From an uncultured Acidobacteriota bacterium (lineage in GTDB: Bacteria > Acidobacteriota > Terriglobia > UBA7540): a stretch of DNA of 64,000 bases. A model generated the notes under the pieces. That model was not told the origin of the DNA and searched no databases. It saw nothing but the letters and a program-made list of their open reading frames with translations. The position numbers were made by a program, and so were the translations under genes. Location: assembly GCA_963804995.1 (NCBI GenBank), contig CAWDSK010000005.1:192001-256000 (forward strand), written 5' to 3'. Shown here piece by piece: positions 10,034 through 19,986 of the stretch. Position 1 is the stretch's first letter. Every line of letters starts with the position of its first letter.

Positions 10034-10968
10034 GTTAAAGTACAATTCTCAATCTTCAGGTTTTTGAATTCGACCCGATCGTGCCAATGCGCAAAACCTA
10101 GCCTCCCTCTAAATCGCGTTTTGCCAATGTCGCAACTGAAACTCATCACCCTTCTGTCATCAATCAAAAATGCACAATCTTTACCCTTCTTTTCAATCGT
10201 AAAGGAATACCAGCGACCAGCTTGCGGCCCAAGCCATGAGATCGACTGTTGACCTCGTTCCCGTTGGAGGTCATCAGTCATGTAGTCTTGTCGAACCCCG
10301 CCGGAAAAGTACAAGATCATTGAGTCCCCGACTATGGTGTCAATTTCATTGGTATCCGATGTATGGGCTACGACACGCGCCTGAAATGTTATTCGAGCGT
10401 TTTGAGGGATCAGGCCTCGCCACAAAACAGTACCCTCAACCTTGCCCGTGATCCAGTTATTCCCAATTTCCCAATTTGCTGTGTTGTTTGGAGGCACCTC
10501 CCAATTATCACGGATCACCCAGCCAGCGCTCGATGCTACATCCGTGACTCGGAAGTTCGTTGGATTCTCGTTCGTGTCTTTGACAGACGCACCCCGTGTG
10601 TCCGCTGTCGAAACCTCCGTCTGCGTATCATTAATTCGGGAAATGACTGGCCTCAGGAGAAAAACCAGCAGTTTTATGTAGAGCCATTCGTAAGCAAAGA
10701 GAACTACGCGCAGCAGGAATGATCGTGTCCAGTACCCAAGCATGAGAACCAAGCAACCTATAATGTAAGGGCGACACCGAATAAGCAGGGCAATTCCTGG
10801 GCTCAGTATGCTTGGAAATTTGTTTAGCGTTTCCGGCTTAAGGGGGCCAATGACCGTGAAGACAGTCGCAATGACGGTGAAGATAGCCGCAATGGCAGTA
10901 AAGGCAGCTACAACCCAGGGTAGCCATCCTGGAGGATTGTTCCACGAATTCCTTTGGGCGTCTGGCAT
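10024..10968 (-). CDS. Membrane-anchored hypothetical protein with C-terminal ConA/lectin-like beta-sandwich
   Basis: Hydrophobic N-terminal helices; C-terminal GRWYSFTIEKKG...FLIDD...GRLGF...VEFKNLKI. Confidence 0.6.
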   Translation of the reverse strand: MPDAQRNSWNNPPGWLPWVVAAFTAIAAIFTVIATVFTVIGPLKPETLNKFPSILSPGIALLIRCRPYIIGCLVLMLGYWTRSFLLRVVLFAYEWLYIKLLVFLLRPVISRINDTQTEVSTADTRGASVKDTNENPTNFRVTDVASSAGWVIRDNWEVPPNNTANWEIGNNWITGKVEGTVLWRGLIPQNARITFQARVVAHTSDTNEIDTIVGDSMILYFSGGVRQDYMTDDLQRERGQQSISWLGPQAGRWYSFTIEKKGKDCAFLIDDRRVMSFSCDIGKTRFRGRLGFAHWHDRVEFKNLKIENCTLTAG

Positions 10969-11308
10969 AACGTGTTCCTAAATCGACTGAGATATATACC
11001 CAAGAACTACTACTGGTTTCCGTTTTTCCTCCGGGATGTTAGCACTTTTGGCTACAAAGAGAGAATGAATTGGATTGCCAGCTACCCGCATTTCGAGGAT
11101 TGAAAAAGGTCGAAGGAAGAGGACAAAAACAAGGCAAACAAAAGAAACAAAAGGGTGGCTGGCGCAGACACGTAGTTCAGTGTCTGCGTTTCTCGAAGTC
11201 CCGATCTGAACAATCTCAAAATACAGGTCCCTTCGGGATCGCAGACTGCAACAGGCAGCAGTCTGCGCCAGCCTCGATCGTTTCCGGGGCGACGGTAAGC
11301 AAAATTCT

Positions 11309-11662
11309 TCAAAGAGAAGTCTGCCAGTTTATGACCTCCAGGAGTACTGCACAGGATGTCCGCGGCCCCCACACAGTGTTTTTCAATCCCCAATAGTAAA
11401 AATGGTTTCTCCCTCCGTCAGGCCGCACCTCGGAGGTATTGTTACCGGGTCCAGAGTACAAAATTATAGTATCTCCGGCTTTCACGGGACGTGGTCCGAA
11501 CCAATATGCCGCCCTGAGACCGGCCTGCACGCGTCCCATCAGAGATCGTACGCTAAGAAGTACTGCGTAATAGGAAAGATCGGTATCAGCTAGAGCTTCG
11601 ATATGCAGCCGCTCCCGGTTCGCAATGCCACGATCAGCGATAGTAACAATGTTGAGATTCAT
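11309..11662 (-). CDS. Hypothetical beta-rich protein (lamin-tail-domain-like)
   Basis: MNLNIV...ERL...YWFGPRPVKAGDTIILYSGPG...YWG...VW; ATGA overlap with upstream gene. Confidence 0.65.
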   Translation of the reverse strand: MNLNIVTIADRGIANRERLHIEALADTDLSYYAVLLSVRSLMGRVQAGLRAAYWFGPRPVKAGDTIILYSGPGNNTSEVRPDGGRNHFYYWGLKNTVWGPRTSCAVLLEVINWQTSL

Positions 11663-12150
11663 CTTCTGAACAGTCTCGCGACGACCGCACCGATGACAAG
11701 TAGAGAGCCAACTATCATACAAACCGCGATTTTCGCTGTCTTGTCCGACAACCATGGTGCGAGTCCGATGAGTAGGCTTCCAATCGTGAGCCCGGCTCCA
11801 ATAATGATGTCGAACGCGTTCTGCGTTTTGAGTTTTTCTTCTAATATTGCGGCTCGCTTGTCAGCTTCGTGAAACCGCTCCACGTATCCCGTCAAACTCT
11901 CACATTCATTATCGGCTCGATCTAACTGGTCTAGTAAGAGCTTCTGTACCCCAGAATTCCCAAGCTCTGTTTCTGTGAGCTGTCGTCTGAGGTTTTGGAA
12001 TGCCTGCCTTCCTCCAGTCGCCGCAATTGTCGTTTGAGTGGCCACGACCTCACTAACCGACACCTCGATTCCCGGTGCATGGGTTGCCTGATCTTCGGCT
12101 AATTGGCCTTCTTTCGGAGTGTTCCCTGGCGTCAAAGGCTCTGGGCTCAT
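11659..12150 (-). CDS. Hypothetical coiled-coil protein with two C-terminal TM helices
   Basis: Charged helical N-terminus, then two hydrophobic segments ending RLFRR. Confidence 0.7.
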   Translation of the reverse strand: MSPEPLTPGNTPKEGQLAEDQATHAPGIEVSVSEVVATQTTIAATGGRQAFQNLRRQLTETELGNSGVQKLLLDQLDRADNECESLTGYVERFHEADKRAAILEEKLKTQNAFDIIIGAGLTIGSLLIGLAPWLSDKTAKIAVCMIVGSLLVIGAVVARLFRR

Positions 12151-12335
12151 ACGCACCCTCAGAATCCCGATCTAGAAGCGTATCAGTATACACCCGTGAC
12201 AATTGGCACCAGTGTGATATTGGAAAAGCAAACCCCCAATTGACCGCATTTTCATCCCGAAGATTTCCACCGAACATAGGAATCCGGGACAGGCACGATA
12301 TTTCCTATTTCTTGTGGCCATCCTTCAGGGTTCTG

Positions 12336-12420
12336 AGCCCCGAAGGGGCGAAATAACAAAGCCCAGGCCAACGGCCTGGGTCAACGGGACCCCAACCGAT
12401 ACCCGAGCCCTGAAGGGGCG
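12336..12420 (-). repeat. Inverted copy of the REP unit of the 121-bp array
   Basis: agccccgaaggggcgaaa...agcccaggccaacggcctgggt...agccctgaaggggcgg. Confidence 0.75.
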
Positions 12421-12426
12421 GAACAA

Positions 12427-12492
12427 TCAATCCCACACGTACCGCTCGTCGTAGGCAATGCCGTGCGCGTCCAACAGCTTCTGGAATTCCGC
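12427..12492 (-). pseudogene. IS200/IS605 TnpA (RAYT-like) C-terminal tail
   Basis: Translates AEFQKLLDAHGIAYDERYVWD*, a typical Y1 transposase ending. Confidence 0.7.
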
Positions 12493-12607
12493 TGGCCACG
12501 TGGTGGTGGATTTATTGTTTCACCACCAAGGCACAAAAAAGGACCTCCTCGAAAATTCACTGTCTGTCTTGGTTTGTTAGTGGTGATGAACTTGGGGTTG
12601 CGAAAGC

Positions 12608-13326
12608 GATTGCGGCATGGGGGAATAGGTATCCCGCCCTTTCAGGGCTGGCGGCAAAATTTGGGGTAATCTAAACCCAGGCCTTCAGCCTGGGCTTTGG
12701 AATTTCGCCCCTTTGGGGCTAAGGGGGAGATTGCGGCGTGAGGGAACACCTATCCCGCCCTTTCAGGGCTGGCGGCAAAATTTGGGGTAATCTAAACCCA
12801 GGCCTTCAGCCTGGGCTTTGGAATTTCGCCCCTTTGGGGCTAAGGGGGAGATTGCGGCATGGGGGAATAGGTATCCCGCCCTTTCAGGGCTGGCGGCAAG
12901 ATTTGGGGGTAATCTAAACCCAGGCCTTCAGCCTGGGCTTTGGAATTTCGCCCCTTTGGGGCTAAGGGGGAGATTGCGGCATGGGGGAACACCTATCCCG
13001 CCCTTTCAGGGCTGGCGGCGAAATTTGGGGTAATCTAAACCCAGGCCTTCAGCCTGGGCTTTGGAATTTCGCCCCTTTGGGGCTAAGGGGGAGATTGCGG
13101 CATGGGGGAATAGGTATCCCGCCCTTTCAGGGCTGGCGGCAAAATTTGGGGTAATCTAAACCCAGGCCTTCAGCCTGGGCTTTGGAATTTCGCCCCTTTG
13201 GGGCTAAGGGGGAGATTGCGGCATGGGGGAACACCTATCCCGCCCTTTCAGGGCTGGCGGCGAAATTTGGGGTAATCTAAACCCAGGCCTTCAGCCTGGG
13301 CTTTGGAATTTCGCCCCTTTGGGGCT
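12608..13326 (+). repeat. Tandem array of six ~121-bp palindromic REP units, alternating A/B variants
   Basis: Unit starts 12608, 12729, 12850, 12972, 13093, 13214; AATAGGTAT in units 1/3/5 vs AACACCTAT in units 2/4/6. Confidence 0.95.
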
Positions 13327-14003
13327 GAGCGGGTAGCGCACAGGTGCGCGTGTTGTGCGTTCCCGTGTGGCCCTTCCCCGCGCGCTCACGCGAACCAGCA
13401 GCCGGGCACCAAAAGACAGTGGCTACTGGCGCGTGACGGGAGAACCGGGGAACGGGACACGGGATTCGGGATACGGGAGCAAATCCAGGGCTCGGGAAGT
13501 AGAGTGGCGAGTGACGAGTCGACAGGCCGACTCCCGAGTCCCGTTTCCCGTCCTTGGCCCCCTCGCAGTGCCCCCGACACTCCCCCGCTTCGTTTATCGG
13601 CGGTTTTTGGGGATGAGATGAGGATTTTCCCTGGCGGGGCGGAAAGCAGCAGCTTCGCCCCGTACCGGGCGGTACGGGGCTTCGCGGCCGCACTCCAAAG
13701 CGCCTGCGGCGCAAGTGACCCCTCATCCGGCCCGCGGTGGCTCAACCCTACCGAGAGCCTCGTCGGTGGCCAGTTCGACGTTTCCTCTTCGGTTAAGCAA
13801 GCGTAGCGCGGACCTGGTCTTTTAGGTCCGCGGCTTTTCGTGCCTGCCAGACGCGAATTAAAATCTCAATGCTGCGGGCGTTTATTAGCAGGCCGTACTA
13901 TGCTATGGTGCAAAGCTGTCTCCTTTCGTAAAATACATACTTGCATTTCGCGTTTCGAATTTCGCGTTTCGAGTTTCGAATTTCGACTTATGATGGTTCC
14001 CGA

Positions 14004-14897
14004 GTGGATTCCTTGGACAACGTAATTTCAGAACCTCTATTTCGGCGTGTGGCGATAGTCGGCCTGGGCCTGCTGGGAGGTTCGTGGGGTCTGGCGCTCA
14101 AAAAGATTGGCTTCACTGGCCACATCGTGGGCTATGCCAGGCGCGCCGAGACGCGCGAAACGGCTCTCAGCGAGGGCGCGATTGACGAAGTATTCGCTGA
14201 TGTAACCGAAGCCGTGCGCGGCGCCGACCTGGTGATCCTGGCGACGCCGGTCGCGGTGATTCTCGATCACCTCCCACGCCTTGAACCGCATCTGTCCCCG
14301 CGGGCGCTCATCACGGATGTGGGCAGCACCAAGCGGCGGATATGCGAACGGGCGGCGGAGCTTTATACCCACGGGGCGCTGTTTCTGGGCGGGCATCCGA
14401 TGGCGGGTAAGGAGCGCTCGGGAATTGCGAACGCTGACGCGCGGATTTTTGAAAATGCCCGTTACGTGCTGACGCCGGCTAAGCCGGAAGATCTTGACGA
14501 CGACCGCGTGCAGGCGTTTCGCGCGCTCGTGACGGCCATCGGGGCGCGTCCGCTCACGAGCGATCCGGCCACCCATGACCTGGCCGTCGCGTATCTTTCC
14601 CATCTCCCCCAATTGCTCTCCTCGAGCCTGGCCAGCCTGATTGAGGAGAAGCACACGGCTGGCGACCTGTCTCTGGAATTGGCGGCCACGGGATTCCGAG
14701 ACATGACTCGCCTGGCCGAGAGCCCTTACTCCATCTGGCGCGACATTTGCCTGACTAACATTGAGAATATTCAGGTGGCGCTGGAAGCGTTGACTCAGAA
14801 ATTGGAGTCGATGAAGCTGCACTTGAGTGACCGTGAACTTGAGCGGGAGTTCCATCAGGCCTCGCGTTTGCGTGATAAGCTGCGTGCGATCGGCTAA
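14004..14897 (+). CDS. tyrA: Prephenate/arogenate dehydrogenase
   Basis: Motifs IVGLGLLGGS, TDVGSTK, GGHPMAGKE, SHLP, TRLA; start approximate. Confidence 0.92.
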   Translation: MDSLDNVISEPLFRRVAIVGLGLLGGSWGLALKKIGFTGHIVGYARRAETRETALSEGAIDEVFADVTEAVRGADLVILATPVAVILDHLPRLEPHLSPRALITDVGSTKRRICERAAELYTHGALFLGGHPMAGKERSGIANADARIFENARYVLTPAKPEDLDDDRVQAFRALVTAIGARPLTSDPATHDLAVAYLSHLPQLLSSSLASLIEEKHTAGDLSLELAATGFRDMTRLAESPYSIWRDICLTNIENIQVALEALTQKLESMKLHLSDRELEREFHQASRLRDKLRAIG

Positions 14898-14997
14898 TGC
14901 CACAGCCGGCACCCACGGGTAGTGACTCATTTTGATGTGCCACGGCCGACCTGCCCCGATGCATCGGGGTCTTGGCCGTGACTGGACACGCGCGGGA

Positions 14998-15287
14998 GAA
15001 GCTGTGAAAGAATCCCCGCATAACTTTCACCGCAGAGGCGCGAAGGCGCAGAGGTCTGAAAACGAAGAGGCATTTCTCTGCGTCTCAGCGTCTCTGCTAT
15101 GAAAATGCACGTGCCAAAGGCACCTTGGAGTGCGGCGGCTCGACGCCGCCTTGAATTTACGCCGAGGACGATGACGAAGGCGGCGTCGAGCCGCCGCACT
15201 CCAAGGTGCTTCGCACATTTTCATGTACAGTGGCGAGCCGAAGTCTCATGGGAATCTGCGGTGAAAATTGCATTCTTTCACACCTTC
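14998..15287. mobile_element. Nested palindromic MITE/REP element
   Basis: Outer IR GAAGCTGTGAAAGAAT / ATTCTTTCACACCTTC; inner perfect IR CCTTGGAGTGCGGCGGCTCGACGCCGCC at 15123-15206. Confidence 0.7.
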
Positions 15288-15383
15288 GGACGCCCGTGGC
15301 ACTTCGAAATGCGTCACCACTCACCCTCGTGATCCTCACCTATGAATCCCTGGCGGAGTCATTCCGTGAGGGAGGGAGGCAGG

Positions 15384-15893
15384 ATGATACTAAAACAGGT
15401 TTTCGAAATTCTCGCCACCACGCCGGAGAAGCTGAAGCGCGAGGTATCTTCTCTTTCGCAACGAGGGATGCAAACGCGTCCCGCGCCCAATAAGTGGTCC
15501 GTCCAGGAGGTTCTGGCGCATTTGAATGACCTGGAAGAGATCGGTATGCGCGCCCGCGTGGCGGCGATGGTTGAACAGGATGGGCCGATTCTCAACTCAA
15601 TCGATCCCGACGCACGGGCCGTGGAAATGCGTTACCAGAGCCGAGACGCCAGGAAAAGTCTCGCAAGTTTCACGCGCCAGCGCCGGGCAAATTTGAAGTG
15701 GCTGAAGAAACTTCGCCCCGACCAATTGCGCTGCAAGGGCACGCACCCGAAGGTCGGGGAAATCACGGTAGAAGAACTGGTCACGGAATGGGCGTTTCAC
15801 GACCTGAGTCACTTGCGACAGATTCTGGAAATCAAGCGCTATGCCCTCTACCCGCGAATTGGGAACATGCGAGCCTTCTACCAATTGAGCTGA
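15384..15893 (+). CDS. DinB/YfiT-like protein
   Basis: KWSVQEVLAHL...HDLSHLRQI. Confidence 0.85.
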   Translation: MILKQVFEILATTPEKLKREVSSLSQRGMQTRPAPNKWSVQEVLAHLNDLEEIGMRARVAAMVEQDGPILNSIDPDARAVEMRYQSRDARKSLASFTRQRRANLKWLKKLRPDQLRCKGTHPKVGEITVEELVTEWAFHDLSHLRQILEIKRYALYPRIGNMRAFYQLS

Positions 15894-15981
15894 GTCAGGG
15901 GTCGATGGCAAACAGGACCCACGGCGTGCAAAGAGTTCGAGCCGGCCACGCTTCATTAGAGACGTGGCGCCGGGAGGTTTC

Positions 15982-16692
15982 TTGAACAAGATATATCCGA
16001 ATGCCGAAGCGGCGCTTGCCGACCTGCCCGACGGGGCAACGATCATGGTGGGAGGGTTCGGGCTCTGCGGAATCCCTGAGAATCTCATCGAGGCTGTACG
16101 CCTGAAGGGCACGCGCGATCTCACGGTCATCAGCAACAACGCGGGAGTGGACGGCCTGGGGGTGGGGCGGTGGCTCGACAACCGGCAAATCAAGAAGATC
16201 ATCGCCACCTACGTGGGAGAGAACAAACTGTTCGAGGAGCTGGTTCTGAAGGGAAATCTGGAAGCCACTCTGGTTCCGCAAGGAACTTTCTCAGAGCGCA
16301 TCCGCGCGGGTGGCGCCGGGATCGCGGGATTCTTCACGCCCACTGGCGTGGGGACGGTGGTTGCGGAAGGCAAAGAAGAACGGGAATTTGAGGGACGAAG
16401 GTACTTGCTCGAGCGCGGCCTCGTTGCCGACTTCGCTCTGATCAAGGCCTGGAAAGGTGACCGTTGGGGGAACTTGATTTACCGGAAGACGGCGCGGAAT
16501 TTCAATCCCCTGATGGCAACGGCGGCGAAGGTAACGATCGCGGAAGTGGAAGAACTGGTCGAACCTGGCGAGCTCAATCCTGACGCGATTATCACGCCGG
16601 GCATTTTTGTGAAGCGGATTCTCCAAGGGACGAATTACGCGAAGCATATTGAGCGACGGACGGTGCGAAAGCGAGCTAATGGACAAACGTGA
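15982..16692 (+). CDS. scoA: 3-oxoacid CoA-transferase subunit A
   Basis: [40 protein letters not shown] before TTG. Confidence 0.9.
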   Translation: MNKIYPNAEAALADLPDGATIMVGGFGLCGIPENLIEAVRLKGTRDLTVISNNAGVDGLGVGRWLDNRQIKKIIATYVGENKLFEELVLKGNLEATLVPQGTFSERIRAGGAGIAGFFTPTGVGTVVAEGKEEREFEGRRYLLERGLVADFALIKAWKGDRWGNLIYRKTARNFNPLMATAAKVTIAEVEELVEPGELNPDAIITPGIFVKRILQGTNYAKHIERRTVRKRANGQT

Positions 16693-17332
16693 AATCATTG
16701 TGCGGCGAGTGGCGCAGGAGCTGAAGGACGGCTACTACGTAAACCTGGGCATCGGCATGCCGACGCTGGTTGCAAACTACGTGCCGCCGGGCATCGAGGT
16801 TGTGCTGCAATCGGAGAATGGCATGTTGGGCATCGGCCCCTTTCCCTGGGAAGGAGAAGAAGACGCGGACCTGATCAACGCCGGCAAGGAAACGGTCTCG
16901 GAACTTGCCGGGACGTTGTATTTCTCCAGTGCTGATTCGTTCGGGATGATTCGCGGCGGCCACATCGACTTGACCGTCCTAGGTGCGATGGAAGTCGACG
17001 AGCAGGGAAGCCTGGCGAATTGGATGATCCCCGGGAAGATGGTGAAGGGAATGGGCGGCGCCATGGACCTGGTGGCGGGCGCCAAACGCGTGATTGTCGC
17101 GATGGAACACACCACGAAGACCCGCCAGTCGAAGATCCTGAAAAAATGCACGCTGCCTCTGACCGGCGAAAGAGTGGTTCACACGATCGTCACAGAATTG
17201 GCGTACATCGACGTCACCCCCAGCGGCTTGCTGCTGAAAGAGGTTGCTCCGGGGATGACCCCCGAGGCCGTGCAACAACTCACCGAGCCAACACTCAGGA
17301 TCGATCCGAACCTCCGGGTGTTTTCGAGCTGA
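16679..17332 (+). CDS. scoB: 3-oxoacid CoA-transferase subunit B
   Basis: [23 protein letters not shown]. Confidence 0.92.
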   Translation: MDKREIIVRRVAQELKDGYYVNLGIGMPTLVANYVPPGIEVVLQSENGMLGIGPFPWEGEEDADLINAGKETVSELAGTLYFSSADSFGMIRGGHIDLTVLGAMEVDEQGSLANWMIPGKMVKGMGGAMDLVAGAKRVIVAMEHTTKTRQSKILKKCTLPLTGERVVHTIVTELAYIDVTPSGLLLKEVAPGMTPEAVQQLTEPTLRIDPNLRVFSS

Positions 17333-17338
17333 GGATAT

Positions 17339-17656
17339 ATGCAAGTTGATAGCATTGTCATAGTCAGCCTCATCTCTCCCAAGGAAAAAGTGTGGGGCCA
17401 ACTTCTGCTCCTGGAATCAAAGGGTGTCACGGTGCGCGGTGTCGAAATCGATGCCTTTGACGATTTTATCCGGCAGGTCGTCAAGCAGGAGGAGACCGCC
17501 GTGGGCCTGAACACTATTTTCTTTCCCATGCACCGGGTGGAGCGGATCGCTCTCGATGAGCCCAGCGGGTCGATCCCTTCACTGGCCCAGCGCTTTCACT
17601 CCAAAGTGGGATTAACCATCCAAGAATATCTCGGCATCGACGTCCCCCAAGTATGA
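17339..17656 (+). CDS. Conserved hypothetical protein
   Basis: GAGGA RBS, operonic position, protein-like sequence (PKEKVWG...FFPMHRVER). Confidence 0.75.
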   Translation: MQVDSIVIVSLISPKEKVWGQLLLLESKGVTVRGVEIDAFDDFIRQVVKQEETAVGLNTIFFPMHRVERIALDEPSGSIPSLAQRFHSKVGLTIQEYLGIDVPQV

Positions 17657-17865
17657 GTCGCGTCAACATCGCCCGCCGGGGCCCTGCCACTGCCGTCCTC
17701 GGACGTCGCCCAGCTCCCTGCCGCTCCCCACTTTCGAAGCAGTTGAGATCAAGCGTTGTGGATTCTTCCGTTCATTTCGAGTAAAATCGATTTCCTAGCC
17801 GGGGCGGTTTCATCTCCGGCCTAGGGGCTTGCACCAAAACCAATTTATCGATCGAGGAGTAGTTA

Positions 17866-19728
17866 ATGCCTTTCTCTCTGTTCAGGCGCAAGGGAAAATC
17901 CAATGATGAACAAACCCGCGGGGCTGTTAGCGCAGAAGCTTGGAAGGCTCAAGCGCCTCCAGCGGACGGCGGCAGGCTGATTGTCCTCACCGCCCCGCTG
18001 ACGGAGACCATTGACCATGCCGGATACTTCATCCAGATGGCGCTGGCCTCGCTGCCAACTTGGATGGAGTTTGTGATTAACAACAAATACCCCTCGTGGC
18101 GCCACGTGGAGCGGCATCCTGACGGTTCGGCGCTTACCATGCCGGCGGGGGTGCGGCTGGTTGAGCGCTCGCTGCTTCGCGAATTCAGCCCCGACCAAGT
18201 CGTAGCCTGCTATCCCGATGACCTGGAAAAGTTCGTTGGACCCAATACCCGTGTGGTCTCAGTCTCCACGCACAACCCGCTGGGCGTGACCTTCGCCGCG
18301 GGTGTTTACACTTCGATGTTCGGGTCGTCGAAGGAACCCATCAACTCCCATTACGCCAAGATGGTGTTTGCCAAGATCAAGGCCAGCCCCTACCGCCAGA
18401 ACTTCAAAGTCATCGTGGGAGGGTCCGGCGGGTGGCAGATCAGCAACACCAACAGTTACGAAGCCCTGAGCGTGGACTGCGTCGTGGAAGGCAGGAGCGA
18501 GCCCGAGGAGTGCACCGAACTCTTCCGCCGGGCCATTCGCGGCGAAGATTTGCCCCGGGAGGTTACGATCGCGCACCCGGCGCGGCGCGAGGGCATTCTC
18601 GTCCCCGAAAAACGCACCACGTTCGGAGTGGTTGAAATGACCACCGGCTGCGGCCGCCGCTGTCAATTCTGCGTGCCCGACCTGAATCCGCAGATCGATG
18701 TGCCGAAAGAAAAGATCATGAGGGCGGTGCGGGCGAATGCCCGGGAGGGCAACCCGCAAATATCGCTCGCCACCGAAGACATGTTCATCTGGGGGCAAGT
18801 GGGGACCGACACGCCTTTCTTTTTCCCCAATCGGGAGGCCCTGCTGGACCTCTACTCCGAGATCATCCATACGCCGGGCATCACGCACCATGTGCTCAGT
18901 CATGCGACGGTCGCTCCCTTCGTGGTCGACCCACTGCTGATCAAGAAACTCTCGGAGATCCTGGTGCCCAAGAGTCCCATTCGCCTGCGCATGAGCACGC
19001 ATCCGGAGAAGCGGGCCTTGTCGCCTCTCGTTGGACTCGAGACCGGATCAGTGCGAATGGCCAAGCGCATCATGCCCAGCAAGGCGGTGCCCTTCCCCAT
19101 TGACCATTGGCCCAGCGTGGTGCTGGAAGGTTTGCGTGTCGCTAATGAGAACAACTGGTTCCCGACCATGACCCTGATGGTGGGGAACCCCGGCGAGACG
19201 GACGAAGATTCCCGAGCCACGCTCGACCTGCTTTACGAAATCAAGCGCCGCGGGCTCTTCGCTGTCTTGATTCCTTCCATCTTCACGCCCCTGCACGACA
19301 CGCGCATGGAAAAACAGAAAGGCGTGAGTGAGACTCGCAATCTCACACCTCTGCAATGGCAAGTCATCATGAAGTGCTGGCAGATGGATCTCGGTCCCAT
19401 TTCGCATACCTGGTGGGCGCCGCTGATGTGGAAAGCGGGCGCCTTCGTGACTTGGCTCCTAAAGCTCCGGCGCACCAATGGGCCGAATTTCACCTGGCCG
19501 CTCATCCTGTTCGCAGGAGTGATCCCCGAAAAGATCCTGGCGAAAATGGGCAAGATCTATGTTGGGCAGCCCCTGAAGACCAAGAACCGGAAGGAGCTGC
19601 TCGCCACCCTGAAGGAACACTACTGGCAATTTCTCCGTGCCGATAACGGCGACATGCCCGGGGATTCCACGCCGGCTGTGAACATCCCCAGAGGCGCGGC
19701 TGAAGAAGGAATGGAAGTGCTGGCGTAA
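17866..19728 (+). CDS. Radical SAM protein with B12-binding-like N-domain (GrsA/B-like family)
   Basis: GCGRRCQFC CxxxCxxC; VLTA..., STHNPLG, FKVIVGGSGGWQ, GLETGS. Confidence 0.8.
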   Translation: MPFSLFRRKGKSNDEQTRGAVSAEAWKAQAPPADGGRLIVLTAPLTETIDHAGYFIQMALASLPTWMEFVINNKYPSWRHVERHPDGSALTMPAGVRLVERSLLREFSPDQVVACYPDDLEKFVGPNTRVVSVSTHNPLGVTFAAGVYTSMFGSSKEPINSHYAKMVFAKIKASPYRQNFKVIVGGSGGWQISNTNSYEALSVDCVVEGRSEPEECTELFRRAIRGEDLPREVTIAHPARREGILVPEKRTTFGVVEMTTGCGRRCQFCVPDLNPQIDVPKEKIMRAVRANAREGNPQISLATEDMFIWGQVGTDTPFFFPNREALLDLYSEIIHTPGITHHVLSHATVAPFVVDPLLIKKLSEILVPKSPIRLRMSTHPEKRALSPLVGLETGSVRMAKRIMPSKAVPFPIDHWPSVVLEGLRVANENNWFPTMTLMVGNPGETDEDSRATLDLLYEIKRRGLFAVLIPSIFTPLHDTRMEKQKGVSETRNLTPLQWQVIMKCWQMDLGPISHTWWAPLMWKAGAFVTWLLKLRRTNGPNFTWPLILFAGVIPEKILAKMGKIYVGQPLKTKNRKELLATLKEHYWQFLRADNGDMPGDSTPAVNIPRGAAEEGMEVLA

Positions 19729-19986
19729 ACGAAAGCGGGGGGAAGGAAAGAGCCGTCGGCGCCGGCAGCAATGGTTTACCCCCACCTACGCAGCCTTGGG
19801 TTTGGCGCTGTATCCGAAGTCGTGCGTCATCCCAATTCCGCCTAAATCTCGCCCGGATTTCTCACCAGGCCATACCATCTTCTTTGAGCGGCCGGAAGGG
19901 CGGGGCTTCAGCCCCACCCTTCCAAACCCACTGCGCATCTTAGGGGACTCTTTGAGCCGGAGCATGGTAGTATATTACCGGTTGAC

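Noticed and set aside
12608..13326. CRISPR array
   Set aside because: Whole 121-bp units repeat with no unique spacers, and there are no cas genes in the window.
13730..13840. tRNA at the island boundary
   Set aside because: GTTCGA is present but there is no cloverleaf or acceptor stem; the adjacent hairpin is REP-like.
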